Of a stretch of 64,000 bases of DNA, positions 11,733 through 21,807 are shown one piece after another. A model generated the notes under the pieces. The model worked only from the letters and a program-made list of their open reading frames with translations. It had not been told where the DNA came from and searched no databases. The position numbers and the translations under genes are program-made. The number at the start of each line of letters is the position of its first letter. Within the stretch, counting starts at the first letter, position 1. The DNA is from Diplonema japonicum (lineage: Eukaryota; Protista; Euglenozoa: Diplonemea), in NCBI GenBank assembly GCA_964019335.1, contig OZ025694.1, positions 124,001 to 188,000 on the forward strand. The letters run 5' to 3'.

Positions 11733-12590
11733 GATTGAAAAGAAAAAACTTTGTTGTGTAATTTTTCCCCGATACCCCCCCCTATTTTTTTTTTTAACAT
11801 TACTTCCCCTTCCCCTCCATGGATTTCCCGTCCACATTTATTTTTTTATGTTTTACAAAGCCCCTTGCCCTCGTTGTCCATTTTGAATTGCTTTTCGCAA
11901 ACTGAAAGCAATTTGGCAAGAGAAAAAATTGAAAAATAAAAAAAAAAACAATGTTTAAATAATTGCCATCGCCGAGAGAGATAGCCTTAAACTCTCGCTT
12001 TTTTTACCCCCCCCCCAGGGATTAAGTTTTAAGTAGCTTAGCCTTTTTTTCAACTTTTTCTTTATTATTATTTCTCACCCCCTTTTTTTTGTTCCCCTTT
12101 TGCTCGCAAAAAAAAGAAAAAAGAGCCAAGAAACCCGACACTCTGCAACAAAAGATTAAACAACATATTGCTAGCTCTTTTTTCATTTTTTTTTCATCCC
12201 CTTATTTTTTGTTTTCTTTTTTTTTTCCCCCATCCCCGTTTATAAAAGGAAAAAAGATCCCCCAATACGAGACTAGTAGAAGACAGGTGGCAACCCCATA
12301 AAAGAATAGAGAAAGAAAAGGGGAAAAAAAAACGAAGAAAACAAGAAAATGGGGGCTTTTTTTTCTTTCTTTTTCCTCTCTTCTCCCCTTCCCGCTTTCT
12401 CCTTTCATTTTTCTCTCTGCCCCCCCCCCCCCCCACCACCGTTTTTTTTCTCCCCCTTTTTTTTTCCCTCACAAAAAAAAAACTCTCCCCCTTCCCAACC
12501 CAACCCAACCCCAAAAAAAAAAAATATTTCTCGAGTTTTAAAAAAAAAGAAAATATAATTAGGTATCTCGATTTAATTTAAAAAAAAGAA

Positions 12591-15179
12591 ATGGTAGTTC
12601 TAACGATTGCACTGCTAGCCGCAACAATGTCGCAGGTGCAGCAATTGTATCCGTCTTCGCGGTACATATCCGTCTCAGGCAGCCGGACTCTAGGCGCGGA
12701 GGGCAGCATAGTGTCGGAGCTGACGAAGGACAACACAGGAGCAAAAACAGAGCTGGAAGCAGACGCAGTGGGGCTGGACAGAAAATGGGCCGCCACCTCA
12801 CGGGGCATAGTAGAGATACGCGGTGACGCAACAACAACAGGAAGGCTGCTGGTCAGCTGCACAAACCGGTTTACCGCGTCTCCGACAGGACTTTTCGTTT
12901 GCCTCGATTCGCAAAACGGTGTGATAAGGGCTGCGAACCAAGCCTCGGGGCTGCTTCAAACAGAATCGGTACCATTTGGCTCCGACCTTTACCCCATTCC
13001 GGGAACGAACGGCACATTCCTAATCACGTCCCCACGGTACGCTCGATCAGACCATCTCCGGTACATAATTGCTTTCGACAGTACCATCGGGGTGTTCTTC
13101 AAGAAGAACCGTGATGACGCACCCGTTGTGAGCATCCAGTCTTCCACAATGATAATGGATATTGTTGGGGATGTTGTGTTTTCGTACGAAACAAATTCAG
13201 GGATTCTGAAAAGGTACAGCGGTGTGACGGGGGACCTTCTGGCCATGGAAACCATACCAACAGGGTGCGGCGATATAATTGGAAAGTCCGATCGCGAGAT
13301 AATATGCAGAATGTCATCAGGGAACACTGTGTTCCTCGTGGGGTTACAGGCGATTCACGCCTCGAGATACTTCTACGTCTCAAGTGTTGAAACGATTGCT
13401 GTATCGCTGTGCCGAGGTGATGTGTGTGAGGACACCATTAACCAACCAGATGTTGTCATCAACAATTCGATAAACCCGTTCATTGACAACCCGTCTGCGC
13501 TGTTCAACGGGGCAGTTTCAAATTCTACTTCGCTATACATTAAAAACGCTGGATTTTTTAGCGTTCCGTGTGGCTCGATGGAGGAGTTCCCGGAACGGAA
13601 CATTCTCTTCTGTATTGATTACAACGGCGGTACCGCGTCGTCAGTGAATAAATCAACGGGAAGTGTTCTATGGACAACAGCACTCCCGGTTGCTCCTGAG
13701 CAAAGCACGAGGTTTGCGGTCAGTCCAAACGCCGAGCTGTACATACCTGTCGGCGACGTTGTGGTTCTTGTTAACGAGACGAGCTCGGAGATTGTGTACA
13801 AAGCGGATCAAAATATTGATTCGATCGCGGTGTCTTCAAAGTACATCTTTCTCGTCGGAAAGGACCTGGGTTTGCTAGTGTTAAATGCGCGTAACGTATC
13901 AGAAACAATCGTTGCGAACGGAAACCGAACAGCGACGGTCGTCATCACCGGAGACACACGATTTTTCTTCACGATTTCAAACGATAGGATCGACGCGTAC
14001 TCGCAGGACACTGCGATGCACTTGTCGGTGTTCGCGTTGCCAATTCTACAGGCGGAGTACACCTCCGCAAGCTTCGATTCGGGAACAAACAAAATCCACT
14101 ACCAGTCCTCCCCATACGGTGTTCAGTCCATCCAAGTCGTACAAAACACAATAGGCTCATCCAGCACCGGTCTCGAGGACTACGAGATTGTCTTAATTGT
14201 AGTGTTATCAACAGCCGCTGTCGCCGGCTGCCTGTTCATCGCTGTCAATTCCAAGAAAGCAGTTGCCGACGAACAAGCTGGCGATGAAGAAGCTTCTGTA
14301 GTCCAATCCGAATTATTAGAATTCCTAACAGGCCGGATCCGAGGCGGGTACACCGCTATATCAATCCTCGGGTCGGGGTCGTTCGGAGTTGTGTACAAAG
14401 CACATCTTCACTCAGGTGGTTACATGGCATTGAAAATCATCGACTGCCACAACATCGAGGATCTGGCACTGTCGTCCTCCGAGGTAAACGCGATGGAGAA
14501 GCTGTCACACAACAACGTGATAAAATTCTACGGGATGGAGAAGCTTGAAAACGAGGACAAGATCGCCATAGGACTGGAGCTTCTCGAAGGAGGCTCGCTG
14601 AAATCCATCGTCCGCAGCAAAGGCATACAAGAAAGCACCGTTCGTTACTACATGAAGGATCTGACAGAGGCGGTCCGGTTTATCCATTCCCACGGGATAG
14701 TACATAGGGACATCAAGGCTGATAATGTTCTTGTTGATAAAAACGGGCGTGTGGTGCTGTCGGACTTCGGGTGCTGCAAGGATGTTGGCATTGCATCCGA
14801 CAGTAGTTCTATTGCCACACCTACTTCTACCATAAAAGGGCTTTCTGGATCGGTTCCTTTCATGGCTCCTGAGGTTATTGAGACAGTTTCATCCCCCACT
14901 CCTCCTTCCTCTGATCCTTCTAAGAAACGGTATAATTTGTCGAGTGACATTTGGTCTCTGGGTTGTACCACCGTTGAGCTGTTAAATGGCAACCCTCCGT
15001 GGCCGGCGGAACTTGACCTCTTGAGCTTGATCCGGCACATGGCTGAGAATCAACCCTCTGTTCCGGACGATTTTTCCAGCCTTGCAAAGGATTTTTTGAA
15101 TTCGATATTCGTGCCTGCTGCTGTTCGTCCCACCGCTGAAGAGCTTCTCGAGCACCCTTTTTTGAAGGACGCTGAGTAA
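12591..15179 (+). CDS. Single-pass transmembrane Ser/Thr kinase (STE/MAPKKK-like domain) with a beta-rich, propeller-like ectodomain
   Basis: Signal peptide; TM IVLIVVLSTAAVAGCLFIAV; GSGSFG, ALK, HRDIKADN, DFG, GSVPFMAPE, DIWSLGCT motifs. Confidence 0.88.
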   Translation: MVVLTIALLAATMSQVQQLYPSSRYISVSGSRTLGAEGSIVSELTKDNTGAKTELEADAVGLDRKWAATSRGIVEIRGDATTTGRLLVSCTNRFTASPTGLFVCLDSQNGVIRAANQASGLLQTESVPFGSDLYPIPGTNGTFLITSPRYARSDHLRYIIAFDSTIGVFFKKNRDDAPVVSIQSSTMIMDIVGDVVFSYETNSGILKRYSGVTGDLLAMETIPTGCGDIIGKSDREIICRMSSGNTVFLVGLQAIHASRYFYVSSVETIAVSLCRGDVCEDTINQPDVVINNSINPFIDNPSALFNGAVSNSTSLYIKNAGFFSVPCGSMEEFPERNILFCIDYNGGTASSVNKSTGSVLWTTALPVAPEQSTRFAVSPNAELYIPVGDVVVLVNETSSEIVYKADQNIDSIAVSSKYIFLVGKDLGLLVLNARNVSETIVANGNRTATVVITGDTRFFFTISNDRIDAYSQDTAMHLSVFALPILQAEYTSASFDSGTNKIHYQSSPYGVQSIQVVQNTIGSSSTGLEDYEIVLIVVLSTAAVAGCLFIAVNSKKAVADEQAGDEEASVVQSELLEFLTGRIRGGYTAISILGSGSFGVVYKAHLHSGGYMALKIIDCHNIEDLALSSSEVNAMEKLSHNNVIKFYGMEKLENEDKIAIGLELLEGGSLKSIVRSKGIQESTVRYYMKDLTEAVRFIHSHGIVHRDIKADNVLVDKNGRVVLSDFGCCKDVGIASDSSSIATPTSTIKGLSGSVPFMAPEVIETVSSPTPPSSDPSKKRYNLSSDIWSLGCTTVELLNGNPPWPAELDLLSLIRHMAENQPSVPDDFSSLAKDFLNSIFVPAAVRPTAEELLEHPFLKDAE

Positions 15180-15842
15180 AAACAAAAGATTTTTTTTTTA
15201 TCCCGAAGAGCTTATTGCCCCCCCCCCCCCTTTTTTTTGCAATGGTATTGTTTGGCTCATCGGTGGCTTTTTGTTTTCTGTAGAAACAGATCGGGAAAAA
15301 AAGTTTTTTTTCCCCCCCCTCTTTTTTCTTTTTTTTTACATTGTAAATGAATTTTCTTTTAGTTTTTTTTTAGTTTTTTTTTCCTTTTAGAGATATAGGA
15401 AAAGGAAACTGGCGAGGTACTTAATACGTGATGAAACAGTTGGCACTCTCAATGCTTCTTGTCAGGAGGGCTGCCTACAGGTGGGGAACACCTCCGGATA
15501 GAGAAACCGTTTGATTTTGATAAATTACCGGATGTCAAATAAAAAAAAACTTTTGTCAGTCCGGGCATTTTTTTTTTTTTTTTTTTTTTTTTTTACAGTA
15601 ACTGACAACACCTCCTCTGCCCCCCCACGCTCCATGTTTTTTCCAAAAAAAAAAAATCAGTTCTCAAAATCCCGCTTTCCTTGTTGTTCTGCTGTATTTG
15701 TTTTTCCCCTTTCTTCCCAGAGAAAAGTTATATGCGAAACGAAGTGAGTCGAACGGTATAGTGCCCCGTCTCTCCTCCTCCGAACCGCAAAAAAACAAAA
15801 CAAAACAAAAAAGGGAAAAACACGGTGTAAAAAAAAAACAAA

Positions 15843-16564
15843 ATGGGATCAAATGCTTCCACAGAGAAGCCGCCGTCGGCTGATGCCGCGGGAGGGAAAA
15901 TGGTATCGTGGGCAGGGACGGAGGTGACAGACGGCTTCGCAAAGCCCCCCGACCCGAGCATTTTGAATGATATTTCACAAGATGACAGATATGCAGTATG
16001 TCTCATCCCTCACTCCCTCAACAATCTTAATTTTAGGACATCGATTTCCAATCAGTCCCGGTCAGGGTACTGGAGTCGTTACGGAAAACTGTTGAAAAAG
16101 AGTCGCTGGAAGCGTGCAGGTCGAATCACGAGGAGACGATCAGTTGTTTGAAGTTTAACACAACACGGCCCACTCTGTGCAAACCGTTGTTTGAGGAGTA
16201 CTACAGCTGCATGAGAAAGTGGAGAGAGGACAACGATGATTTGTATTATGACCTTGTGAAGCAATCCATAGACGGCAAGCTGTTGGAGAAGCATAGAAAC
16301 CATGTGAAACTGCTCGAGCAGGAGTGGAAGAAACGCTTCCCCGACACCCCTATGCCCCGCGCCCACGTGCCCGATAAGCGGCCAGGTGCAACCTCCATGT
16401 ACGTGCATGAACAAGACAAGGGCCTGGTGGCCCGTGACCTTGCTATGCAACGCCTTAATGAGCTAGACGCAGAGTTGCAAGGCATCACCCTTGAGGAGTA
16501 CACCAAAGCCCGCCACGTCGTCACCGATGCCAAGCAGAGAAATACTTGGGCACCTGCGTTTTAG
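15843..16564 (+). CDS. Twin CX9C (CMC1/CHCH-like) mitochondrial protein (exons 15843-15995, 16037-16564)
   Basis: 41-nt GTATG...TAG intron joins the two ORFs in frame; spliced product contains CRSNHEETISC-x10-CKPLFEEYYSC. Confidence 0.75.
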
Positions 16565-16675
16565 ATTTGCGTGGATGGGAGGAAAGTGTTTTTTTTTTTT
16601 TTTTTTTTTTTTTTTTTCAGGGAAAAAAAAAAAAAAAAAAAAAAAAAAGGAGGAAGGGGGAAGAGAAAAAAAAAA

Positions 16676-16977
16676 ATGGTATCCGCTTCGGCCACCATCG
16701 CGACATCTGGTGAACAGGTGTTCCACGTGACACTTCCCACTGAGGGCCTCCCGACAACCGAGAAGGCGAAGGAGTTGGTGAAACAGTTGCAGGTAAGCCG
16801 ACAATTTTTTTTTTGAGAGGGGAGGAAGAAAAAGAAGAAAAAAAAAAAAAAAAGGCTAAATCTGGAGCAGCGTTCGATGCGTTGATACAGAGCAGCTCAG
16901 AATGCGGGATGCACTGCGACGAGGAGGAAGAGGAAGAGCACGAGGTTGACATCCCTGGGAAAAGACAAAAAGTGTAA
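16676..16977 (+). CDS. Small spliced acidic protein (~67-79 aa), possibly GON7-like
   Basis: ATG after an A-tract; CAG|GTAAG donor at 16793; in-frame acceptors at 16854 or 16890; ends EEEEEEHEVDIPGKRQKV*. Confidence 0.5.
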
Positions 16978-17562
16978 AAGAAAAAAAAAAAAAAAGAAAA
17001 AAAAAAGAAAAAAAAAATTATATTGAGTAGTCTTATACGGCCGTCCACTAATTTCATAATCGTCAAAAATTAGGCGCGTGTAAAACGTCCTTTCGTTTTT
17101 GATTTGATTACGATACCAAATCGTGACTTCCTTCGGTTCACCTCGACACCTGCCCGCTCCACCCGCTGCATAGGGTCCTGAACATTCTTTTTCTCCACAT
17201 CCGTTCTGCCTGCACTCAATGGGCCCTAAAACAGTGTTCAGCAAAAGGGTATCTAAAAAAAAAGGGGGGGGGGTTTTCGTTTGTAGGCAACCCAGGGGAT
17301 GGGTCTTCCTGGGGACCCTCTTTCTTTTTTCCCCCCTCTCAGTCTTCAGGCGGGCAGTGCCTACCGCACGCAGGGTGATCGACACCCTGATGGACACCTG
17401 TGGACACCCCGAACGGGATGGTGGTGTGTCCACTGGTGTCTCGCTAACCTCTTTTGCAATGAAGAAAAAAAAACCAAATAAAATTTTTTTGAATCTCACT
17501 GAAAAAACAAAACAAAACAAAAAAAAAGGCGGGAGAAAAAAAAAAAAAAAAAAAAAAAAGAA

Positions 17563-18447
17563 ATGGACAAAGACGCGCGAATCAAGCAGCTCGAAGAGCT
17601 CCTCGAGACGAACGGAATTGAAATCCCGGAACCCGTTTCGAAAAAACGCAGGGTGGCCGAGGACGAAACAGACTACTGCAAGCTCCCACCGTTTGTGAAG
17701 GAATACGCCCCGTACACAAAAGGGTTCAGCAGCGGCCGGAAGTGCATCGACCCAGTGGCGGAGGCAAAGAAACTGTGGGACATGTATTACAGACAGAACC
17801 AAACCGAAGGATTCAAGGACAGGCACTACCTCGTACGCGAAGCACCCGAGGCGCTCAGTGCAAAGGTTTTCATGGAGTGTGGCTGCGGGGTGGGGAACGC
17901 ACTACTACCATTGAAGACAGAGCTCCCAAACCTCAATAGAATATATGGCTTCGACCTGTCAGCTGTGGCGGTGGACCTTATGAAAAAGGACGCGAAGTTT
18001 GACTCTGATCTGATCACAGCTTTTCAACACGACATGACTGCGTCGCCCTTACCCTCTGTGGTGCCAGACGCTTCTGTGGACTTTGCAACATTGATCTTCG
18101 TTCTGTCAGCCATTGCACCCGAAAAGATGCCTGCTTCCATTGCTCACCTTGCGCAGAAGATCTCACCAGGCGGTACCTTGTACTTCCGGGATTATGCAGA
18201 CGGTGACCTGGCTCAGACCCGCCTTGCCTCCACGCCCAGCTCTCAAATCCGTGATTCTGACCCTTCTTTCTTCATGCGTACCTGCGGGACCTGTGCCTAT
18301 TTCTTCACCCTTGACAAGGCCCGTGAAATATTCTCGCCGTGGTTCGACACGAACGAGCTGCAGATCGTGAGGCGCGACATCACCAACCAGAAGCAGGGCA
18401 TTACCATGCATAGGGTCTGGATGCAGGGAAGGTTTATCAGGAAATAA
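17563..18447 (+). CDS. tRNA m3C methyltransferase, METTL2/METTL6/Trm140 family
   Basis: WDMYY, FKDRHYL, ECGCGVGN, IFVLSAI, FRDY, RVWMQGRF motifs. Confidence 0.9.
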   Translation: MDKDARIKQLEELLETNGIEIPEPVSKKRRVAEDETDYCKLPPFVKEYAPYTKGFSSGRKCIDPVAEAKKLWDMYYRQNQTEGFKDRHYLVREAPEALSAKVFMECGCGVGNALLPLKTELPNLNRIYGFDLSAVAVDLMKKDAKFDSDLITAFQHDMTASPLPSVVPDASVDFATLIFVLSAIAPEKMPASIAHLAQKISPGGTLYFRDYADGDLAQTRLASTPSSQIRDSDPSFFMRTCGTCAYFFTLDKAREIFSPWFDTNELQIVRRDITNQKQGITMHRVWMQGRFIRK

Positions 18448-18546
18448 AAAAAAGTTTTAACACATTTAGCTTGGGGAGCAAACTCCTTTTTTTTTTTTTT
18501 TTAAATACCAAAAAAAAGCGGGGGGGGGGGAAGAAAAGAGGAGGGT

Positions 18547-19944
18547 ATGGCGGCCCAAAACCTCTTCGGTAGAGGCGCTGCGAAGGTCCGGGCCGCGGTC
18601 GTGACAGGAAAATCGCTTCAATTCTGCATGAAAGAGTGCAAGAAGATCATCAGAGAAGGAAACAAGGGACTAAAAGGAAAAAGCTTTTGGATCGCAGGCG
18701 TCGGCAAGAGCTTCGAGGAAGAGGTAGGGAACTACAACTTCGCAAAAGATACGGTGGGAAGAATCAACTCCCCGCGGCTGAGCGGGGTACTAGGCGGGGT
18801 ATGCGAGAAATACGTGGCACTAACAGAGGTAAGAGTTCCATATGACAGCAGCTTCTCACTAGTTAGCCAAACAAGCGACTCCCTACCTAAAATCCCTGCG
18901 GACCGTAAGCTCGCAGAGGTTGTAAAGAAGGACGCCTCAATGTGTGGGTTGTTTTTCCCTACGCTTCAGTTCTACAACAACGAGCTTCTCCCCAACGTGC
19001 TGGAAAGGTACGGGAACATGTTCCCGAAGTCGAGATACCTCGCACAGTGCTCGCAGTCACCCAACGACTCCGTCTTCACCTTCGAAAAAAAACAGAAAAA
19101 ACTCAATTTGTACGAAAGCTCCCAGTCCGGAATGGTTGGTGTCTCTCTGTTTTCCCCAAAGGCAAACACTCCTCATTTACTTCTCAACATGGTGATGGGC
19201 ATCAATTCATCCCTCGCCATGCGGTCGCTCATAAAAGGTGATCAAGAATCTGTCTCAGAATTATTCGGAGGTGCGTTGACCCAACATGTCGGAACGGAAC
19301 CTCACTACACTGATTACCCTGATGGCGAATACCCTGCTTTGTTGCTTCCTGGTTTGTTTGTATGGCCAGGTTCAGCTAGGGTGCAGCATATTAACGACAT
19401 CCTCGACAGTATGATTATTAAGAACTCGCTGACAGGCGAAGTTCCGTTCGTGGTCGTGCCTTTCGAGGGGAGTACAGTTGGAACGGTGTGCACTGTGAAG
19501 GCGATATCACCACCGTTTGAACGAGGAGGGCAGATGGTTATGTTTTACGGACACAACCGTGTTGCAATACCGGAAAAACCGTCCGTTCTGAGCATCTTCG
19601 GGATGTCGCTGTATGAGTGCGCTGCTCTTTCTGACGACACAAGCGAACCGGAGTCCACTGCTGAGATTTTAAACGAGACTAATGTGCAGGTTACACCTTT
19701 GTCGCCCATCATCCCATCGCACACCCCCAACCCGCCTTCTCACGAACTGAGGTCGTTCCAGCTAGTTGATTATGTAGAGCGGGGGCAACGCTCTGGGAGT
19801 CTTTCACAGGATCAGAAGCGTGCGCTGTACACTTGTACTTCTTCCATTTTGAGGATGCGAATGTTGACTCTGCACCAGAACCAGATCTGGGACAACGTTC
19901 CGATGCTGAAACCCGGGAAAAAGGGGAAGAAAAGCAAAAAGTAA
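18547..19944 (+). CDS. Protein with a C-terminal Lon substrate-binding (Lon-N)-like domain; probably mitochondrial
   Basis: YPALLLPGLFVWPG...VGTVCTV...QKRALY pattern; transit-peptide-like N-terminus. Confidence 0.55.
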   Translation: MAAQNLFGRGAAKVRAAVVTGKSLQFCMKECKKIIREGNKGLKGKSFWIAGVGKSFEEEVGNYNFAKDTVGRINSPRLSGVLGGVCEKYVALTEVRVPYDSSFSLVSQTSDSLPKIPADRKLAEVVKKDASMCGLFFPTLQFYNNELLPNVLERYGNMFPKSRYLAQCSQSPNDSVFTFEKKQKKLNLYESSQSGMVGVSLFSPKANTPHLLLNMVMGINSSLAMRSLIKGDQESVSELFGGALTQHVGTEPHYTDYPDGEYPALLLPGLFVWPGSARVQHINDILDSMIIKNSLTGEVPFVVVPFEGSTVGTVCTVKAISPPFERGGQMVMFYGHNRVAIPEKPSVLSIFGMSLYECAALSDDTSEPESTAEILNETNVQVTPLSPIIPSHTPNPPSHELRSFQLVDYVERGQRSGSLSQDQKRALYTCTSSILRMRMLTLHQNQIWDNVPMLKPGKKGKKSKK

Positions 19945-20353
19945 GTTGATTGTTGAAAGGGGGAAAGATTGTTTCTGAAAAAAAAAAAAAAGCTAAGTCT
20001 TTAAAAAAAATTGAAGTGTTTTTCTTTTTTATTTAAAAAAAAGTTTGGCGACTTCTTCTAAACCCAATTGGATTTTCCTTAAAAGCACAAAATTTTAAAT
20101 CTTTTTCTTCTTTTTTTTTTGAGGTTTGCAGTAGTGTGATCATCTTTCCCCTCCCCCCCCCTTTTTTTTTCTCTTTTTTGTTTTGTTTTCTTATCGATTT
20201 TAAAAAGTTTTTTTTATTTATTTACCCCCCCTTTTTTTGTCTCTTCATGGTCACCCCCCACCTTTTTTTTTGTTTCCCGCTTTTCTTTTTTCCCCCCTTT
20301 CTCCTCTCACCGTTACTTCACCCCCAGTGAGCAACACACACACACACAAATAA

Positions 20354-20866
20354 ATGGCCTACCAGTGGTTTGATGGCGCATGCGATGTAGAAAGCAGAAC
20401 GGTGGGAGACAGCTGGGCAATGAGGGACTTGGAGGGAGGGGTGTTGGCCATGCAAGGGACTCTGTCGCATTGCAGCGAAGACATGCATAATGAGTACACA
20501 GACGAGGTCAGCAGGCTAGAGACCGGAAGCTCCTGGGCAGAGTACGAGCGCCTCAGACAGGAGAACCAGCAGTTGAAAGAAGAAAACAGCTTCTTCAAGA
20601 GGGTGGAGGCAGGCGCTGGTGTGTATGAAGCAAACATGATTGATGGCCATGTCGATCAGGGTCCCGGCTTGCCTGAATCTCAAATCGATCGCGCCAAGCT
20701 CAAGACAAAGCTCTGCAAGTATTTTATGCAGGCTCAGTCTCAGGCTGCCTGTCCTTTCTATGGTAGACATGGGTGGTGTGCGTTTGCACACGGGGAGGCA
20801 GAGCTGTCACCTACAACGCTTGTCACCTCACCGCTGTCTCCTTTGGAGTCTTCGCATGGGTTTTAA
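20354..20866 (+). CDS. CCCH zinc-finger RNA-binding protein with a coiled coil
   Basis: KLKTKLC...CPF...CAFAHGEAEL (TIS11-like lead-in and tail). Confidence 0.85.
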   Translation: MAYQWFDGACDVESRTVGDSWAMRDLEGGVLAMQGTLSHCSEDMHNEYTDEVSRLETGSSWAEYERLRQENQQLKEENSFFKRVEAGAGVYEANMIDGHVDQGPGLPESQIDRAKLKTKLCKYFMQAQSQAACPFYGRHGWCAFAHGEAELSPTTLVTSPLSPLESSHGF

Positions 20867-21462
20867 AAATGTGGGAGAAGAAGAAAAAAAGGAAAAAAAA
20901 AAAAAAGAAAATGCGGCTTTTCTTCTGAAAACGCTGTACAAGGAGAAGAAGAAAAAGAACACAATAACAACTCTCTTTTCCAAAAGACCTTTGTGTTTTT
21001 TTTTTTTTTTTTTTTTTTTTTACCTCTTTGAAGAGAGCATTTTATTTCTTCTTCTTTTTTTATTTCCCCTTTCCCTGATCTTCCGTCCTGATCGGTTCCT
21101 CGTTGAGAAAAAGAAAGGGGGGGACGACAAGGGTCAGAATGTACAGGATGATCATCCCCAGAAAAAGCAAAAGAAAAAAAAAAAAAAAAAAAAAAAATGC
21201 TGTTTTAACTTTATTATATCTTCCTCACTTGTTGCCCCACCCTCTTCACTTTTTCTTTTTTCTTCTTTTTTTTTTTTTCCTTTTTAACAAATACCGCTCA
21301 GTTCTTGTAAGAGCAAAAGAAAAAAAAAATAAAAAAAATAATAAAATAAAAAAAGAAAGAGAAGTGGTAGCATACAGTATTTATACCGCGTGCACGACAC
21401 AAATGCTAAAAAAAAAAAAACCGACTCTTTTTTTTTGTTTTCTTTTTTTTGTTTTTTAAGAA

Positions 21463-21570
21463 TATAATTGTCGAGACCAAAAACTAGTTGATGGCAGCGT
21501 AATGAGCTATTTTATTTTGTAAGATTTCGCTCGTGCGCACAAAACAAAAACGAAGCGCCAAACTAGTTTT
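21463..21570. repeat. ~105-bp dispersed repeat (copy 2)
   Basis: Homologous to 3283-3390. Confidence 0.75.
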
Positions 21571-21702
21571 TTTTTTTTTCCTCTTTTTTCTTTCCCCCTC
21601 TTCCATTTCAGCGCAAAAAAAAAAAAAACAAAACAAAAAAAGAAACGCAGTTCTGCTTTCTCTTTTTCCCCCCTTCTTTTCCACCTCTTTTTTATTTTAT
21701 TA

Positions 21703-21740
<38 letters not shown>

Positions 21741-21807
21741 ATAGCCACCGACAAAACACCCACAAAAAAAAAACAGGTTCTCCCCCCCCCCTTTTTTTAT
21801 CAACACA

